Below, piece after piece: positions 60,261-64,000 of a DNA stretch of 64,000 nt. Numbering within the stretch: position 1 is the stretch's first letter; each line of letters starts with the position of its first letter. The translations under genes were made by a program, and so were the position numbers. Source of the stretch: an uncultured delta proteobacterium (GTDB lineage Bacteria > Myxococcota_A > Polyangia > Haliangiales > Haliangiaceae); assembly GCA_963848295.1 (NCBI GenBank), contig CAWKDB010000011.1, forward strand, positions 576,001 through 640,000. Direction: 5' to 3'. The notes under the pieces were generated by a model. That model did no database searches and was not told where the DNA came from. It was given only the letters and a program-made list of their open reading frames with translations.

Positions 60261-60319
60261 GGCGCACTCTACGGGAGCACTCTGATCTGAGCAAGCAGGA
60301 GGGATCCAACCGGCCGGAA

Positions 60320-62248
60320 TCACATCTTCGGCGGCGGAGGCTTTGGCTTCTGCCACGCGCGAATGACGTCTCGGCCCGCCTTGATGTACGCGGGATCGAC
60401 GGCGCCACCGGGCGAGCTCGGCGGCGTTGCGGGACACCGACTGGAGATCCAGCAGAACGAGTGCACCGCTTCCTGCGCGGTCTGCTGTTCGTCGGCGCCG
60501 GCCTCGAGCGCGAACCGAGCGAGCACGTCCAGCGCACGCGGATCTCTGATCCGACCCAGGCCGTTCGCGATCGCGAGCCGATCCTGTTTCGCAGCCGACT
60601 TCGCGGCGCGCAGCAGCGGATCGAGCGCGCGCTGATCGGCGACGCCGGCAAGGGCCGACAGCTCGGCGCGGCGCGCTCGGTCATCGGTCTCGTGGGCGAG
60701 CGCCGCGATCAGCGACGGCTCGGCCCCGGCCGCGCCTGCTCGCTCCAGCGCGTCCGCGCCGTGCATGCGCAGCTCGCCGCTCGAGCTACGCAGCCAGCCG
60801 AGCGCGATCGGCACGGTCAGCTTGTCGTAGCCGTTCGCGTCGAGGATCGAGACGGCCCAGTCGGCCGCCGCGCCGGCGCCGCGCACGTGAGCCGCGAGGC
60901 GCTGCGCGAACGGAACGTCCTTCGCCGCGACGCGCACCGCGACCGCCGCGATCACCGCGTCGTCCGGCCGCAACCGATACATCAGCTCGAGCAACGCGAT
61001 GGCGCGCGGTTGATCGCACGCGGCGAGGCGGAGCAGCGCGACGGGCGCCGGGCCCCGTCGGTAGGCCGCGTCGGGCTCCCAGTACGCCGCCGCGCGAACG
61101 CGATCTGCGCACGGCGGGTGGGTCGCGAGCTGGCGCGCCGCGAGCGCGCGCTCGGCCGCAAACCGCTCGGCGTGAACGTGGAGCACGCGCTCTGCGAGCG
61201 CGGCGAGCCGTTGCTTCGCCGGTAGCTTGCGATCGAGGATCTCGGCGATCGAGCCGAACGACGTCTCGCCGGCGTACGACAACCCGGCGATGTCGGCGCC
61301 CGGCCACGCCGACGCGTGCTCGTCCGCGGTCATGCCGCGCAGATCGCGATCGCGCACGACGCCGCTGTCGAGCCAGTCGCGCATCGCCGCCGCGAGCTTC
61401 GCGGGGCTGTTATCCAAGACGGCGAGCAGCGCGGTCGCGGTTTGCAGCTTGGGGGCGGCGAGCGGCGTCGGCACCGGCGGGTAGTTGCGCGCGCCGAGGT
61501 GCGCGTCGCGATGCGCGAGCCACCAGTCGAGCCAGCGCTGGTGCCACGCGGCGAGCTCGGCCGGCCCGGTGCGCGCGGGCCCGGCGATCTCGTTCGACGT
61601 CAACGCGCGCAACCGGGCCTGAGCCGCCGCGCGGAGGTCGGCGCTCCGCGACTCGAGCAGCGCCGCGAGGGTCGGAACATCGCGGTCGACATCGTAGATC
61701 GCCGCGACCGGATCGGGCGTCGGGTGGAGCAACGCCGCGGTGATCACGCGCGCGGTCAGCCCGAGCTCGCCGGGCTTGGTGTGCGCGGCGATCGCGCGCA
61801 GGTCGGTCAGCGTCAGGCCGTGCCGGTGCATGCCGATGACGCCATCGTCGGCGCCGTCGGCCGCGAGATCCGCCGGCAGCGTGTCACCGGCGCCGAGCGG
61901 CCACACGAGCGGTGGTTGCCGAGCCGGCGGCGACTCGACCGAGACCTCGGGCTGACCTCCGAGGTCGCGCGGCCGCACCACGATCACGACCCGGCTTCCC
62001 GGCGCGATCGGCGCGGCCACGAGCGCGGTCTGCTCGAACCACACGCCGACCAGGACTTCGTCGACGAGGATGCGCTGCGTGCCCGCCGGCGCCGGCCACG
62101 CACCCGCCTCGGCCGCGGTCTGCGCGTGGCCGATCAACACGGCCTCCGCCGCGCGCACCTCATCGCTCGCGCCGTTGACGTAATCGGCCGCGGCGATCCG
62201 CGCCCAGCACAGCGCCACGAGCAAACCCACCGAGCGCACGAGGATCAC
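60320..62248 (-). CDS. Secreted protein with C-terminal HEAT repeats
   Basis: Signal peptide; [30 protein letters not shown] box 7 nt before GTG. Confidence 0.6.
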   Translation of the reverse strand: MILVRSVGLLVALCWARIAAADYVNGASDEVRAAEAVLIGHAQTAAEAGAWPAPAGTQRILVDEVLVGVWFEQTALVAAPIAPGSRVVIVVRPRDLGGQPEVSVESPPARQPPLVWPLGAGDTLPADLAADGADDGVIGMHRHGLTLTDLRAIAAHTKPGELGLTARVITAALLHPTPDPVAAIYDVDRDVPTLAALLESRSADLRAAAQARLRALTSNEIAGPARTGPAELAAWHQRWLDWWLAHRDAHLGARNYPPVPTPLAAPKLQTATALLAVLDNSPAKLAAAMRDWLDSGVVRDRDLRGMTADEHASAWPGADIAGLSYAGETSFGSIAEILDRKLPAKQRLAALAERVLHVHAERFAAERALAARQLATHPPCADRVRAAAYWEPDAAYRRGPAPVALLRLAACDQPRAIALLELMYRLRPDDAVIAAVAVRVAAKDVPFAQRLAAHVRGAGAAADWAVSILDANGYDKLTVPIALGWLRSSSGELRMHGADALERAGAAGAEPSLIAALAHETDDRARRAELSALAGVADQRALDPLLRAAKSAAKQDRLAIANGLGRIRDPRALDVLARFALEAGADEQQTAQEAVHSFCWISSRCPATPPSSPGGAVDPAYIKAGRDVIRAWQKPKPPPPKM

Positions 62249-62311
62249 AACGCGCAACCTACCGCGGGGGCCTACCGAAAATCGCGCCCGAGCGGGTACG
62301 CACACCGTGCG

Positions 62312-62326
62312 TGGCCCGTGGCTTGC
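62312..62326 (+). promoter_or_regulatory. Sigma54 -24/-12 promoter
   Basis: TGGCCCGTGGCTTGC is close to the TGGCACG-N4-TTGC consensus; RBS AGGAGG follows. Confidence 0.7.
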
Positions 62327-62353
62327 CTCTCTCGACCATCTAGGAGGACAGCC

Positions 62354-62644
62354 ATGAAGCTCATCACGCTCGTCACGACGCTCGCACTCGCGCTCGGCGG
62401 TTGCGCGGCGAACGAACACTTCATCGTGAGCGCGTCGCCACCGGCGGCCCGAGCCGAGGTCGTCGTCGCACGGCCCGGCTACTTCTGGGTCCACGGCCAC
62501 TGGATGCGCGAAGGCCGTCACTGGGCTTGGCACGCCGGCCACTACCAAGCCGAGCGCCCCGGCTATGTCTATAGCGAGGGCGGGTGGCGGCGAAACGGCG
62601 ATAGCTACGTGTGGGTCCAGGGCGGCTGGCGCTCGCGCGGTTGA
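62354..62644 (+). CDS. YXWGXW/WXXGXW-repeat lipoprotein
   Basis: LGGC lipobox; PGYFWVHGHW, YVWVQGGW repeats. Confidence 0.85.
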   Translation: MKLITLVTTLALALGGCAANEHFIVSASPPAARAEVVVARPGYFWVHGHWMREGRHWAWHAGHYQAERPGYVYSEGGWRRNGDSYVWVQGGWRSRG

Positions 62645-62661
62645 GCTAGAGTCGCTGGGAA

Positions 62662-63117
62662 ATGACGCGCGCCGGGCTCGTAGCGTTCTTGCGAACCGAG
62701 CGGCTCGGTGTGGTGTCGACGCTCGGTGATGACGGCGCGCCGCAGGCGGCGGTGGTGGGGCTCGCGGTCACCGACGAGCTCGAGCTGGTGTTCGATGCGA
62801 TCGTCGGGTCGCGCAAGGTTCGCAACTTGCGCCGCGATCCGCGCATCGCGGTCGCGATCGGCTGGGACCGCGAGCGCACCGCGCAGCTCGAAGGGCGCGC
62901 CGACGAGCCGGTGGGGGCGGCGCGCGACCGCATCCGCGCGGCGTACTTCGCGCAATTCCCCGACGGGCCGGAGCGGCTCGGCTGGGCCGGGATCACGCAC
63001 GTGCGGATCCGCCCGCACTGGGCGCGCTACAGCGACTTCTCCGCACGGCCCCCGTTGATCGAGCTGCTCGATCTAACACCGCCATCCGGTGGTGCGGCCG
63101 AGGAGCCCGCGCGATGA
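62662..63117 (+). CDS. Pyridoxamine 5'-phosphate oxidase family protein
   Basis: GVVSTL..DGAPQ; SRKVRNLRRDPRIA. Confidence 0.85.
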   Translation: MTRAGLVAFLRTERLGVVSTLGDDGAPQAAVVGLAVTDELELVFDAIVGSRKVRNLRRDPRIAVAIGWDRERTAQLEGRADEPVGAARDRIRAAYFAQFPDGPERLGWAGITHVRIRPHWARYSDFSARPPLIELLDLTPPSGGAAEEPAR

Positions 63118-64000
63118 GGTTCGCGATTTTCGGGGCCGGCGCCGTCGGCTGCTGGATCGGCGCGCGGATGGCCGCGGCCGGCGCCGATGTCACGCTGATC
63201 GGACGACCGAAGCTGATGGCGGAGATCAGCAACGGCCTGCGCGCGACCGATCTCGCGGGCGGCGACGTCGAAGCCAAGCCGCGCACCGCGACCGATGCCG
63301 GTGCCGCGCGCGACGCCGACATCATCGTCGTCACGGTCAAGTCGACCGCGACGACCACCGCCGGCCGCGAGCTCGCCGCGGTGGTCAAGCCCGATGCGGT
63401 GATCGTCAGCCTGCAGAACGGCGTGCGCAATGCCGAGCTGCTCGCCGCCGCCCTGCCCGGTCGCCGCGTGCTCGCCGCGATGGTCGAGTTCAACGTGACC
63501 AAGCCCGCGCCCGCGACGTACCACCGGGCCACGATCGGCAAGCTGATCGTGCAGGCCGATGCAGGCGCGCTGCCGCTCGCGGTGGCCTGGCGCGCCGCAG
63601 GGATCACGACGCAGCTCCGCGAGGACATGACCGCGGTGCTGTGGGGCAAGCTCGTGCTGAACCTCAACAACGCGATCAACGCGCTGTCCGGTGTGCCGAT
63701 CGCGGCCGAGATCATGCAGCGCGACTTTCGCCGCTGCTTTGCCGCCGCGCAGCGCGAAGCGCTCGGCGCGCTCGCCTCCGCGAACATCCCCGTCGCGCGG
63801 TTGATCGCGGTGCCGCCGCGCTGGATGCCGGCCGTGCTGTCGCTGCCCGACGCGGTGTTCAGGCTCGTCGCGAAGCGCGCCGTCGCGATCGATCCCACCG
63901 CGCGCTCGTCGATGTGGAACGACTTCGAGGCCGGCCGGCCCACCGAGATCGACTTCTTGCAAGGTGAGGTCATCGCGCTCGCCGACAAGCTCGGGCGCAG
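63114..64000 (+). CDS. panE: 2-dehydropantoate 2-reductase (ketopantoate reductase), truncated by the window end
   Basis: Manual translation: MRFAIFGAGAVGCWIG, VTVKS, SLQNG, WGKLVLNLNN, SSMWND...TEID. Confidence 0.88.
   Translation, partial: MRFAIFGAGAVGCWIGARMAAAGADVTLIGRPKLMAEISNGLRATDLAGGDVEAKPRTATDAGAARDADIIVVTVKSTATTTAGRELAAVVKPDAVIVSLQNGVRNAELLAAALPGRRVLAAMVEFNVTKPAPATYHRATIGKLIVQADAGALPLAVAWRAAGITTQLREDMTAVLWGKLVLNLNNAINALSGVPIAAEIMQRDFRRCFAAAQREALGALASANIPVARLIAVPPRWMPAVLSLPDAVFRLVAKRAVAIDPTARSSMWNDFEAGRPTEIDFLQGEVIALADKLGR

Overview
GC-rich bacterial chromosomal window. Gene content (FHA-sigma54 activator, many lipoproteins, TPR and DUF4139 proteins) suggests Myxococcota; this is an inference. 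About 55 mostly housekeeping or accessory genes are present: an ECF sigma pair, acyl-CoA ligase, SF1 helicase, an NHEJ cluster (Fpg/Nei, Ku, LigD), Grx4 fusion, sirtuin, peptidases, aroA, hisC, DsbD, guaA/guaB and panE. Several genes carry frameshifts that look like long-read indel errors. Highlights: (1) a bacterial histone gene (Bd0055-like fold plus an N-terminal ZZ-like zinc finger) with a ~2.0 kb group II intron inserted exactly after its ATG; the intron appears to end in its own ATG and is open in frame from the host ATG into the RT; (2) a gene-less sigma54 promoter with a palindromic enhancer driving a candidate stem-loop sRNA next to an FHA-EBP; (3) twin divergent ECF promoters around a 42-bp inverted repeat enclosing an IS481-like end; (4) repeat elements built into coding sequence (palindromic in-frame inserts, hexamer runs forming signal peptides); (5) pervasive leaderless TANNNT-N5-9-start architecture.
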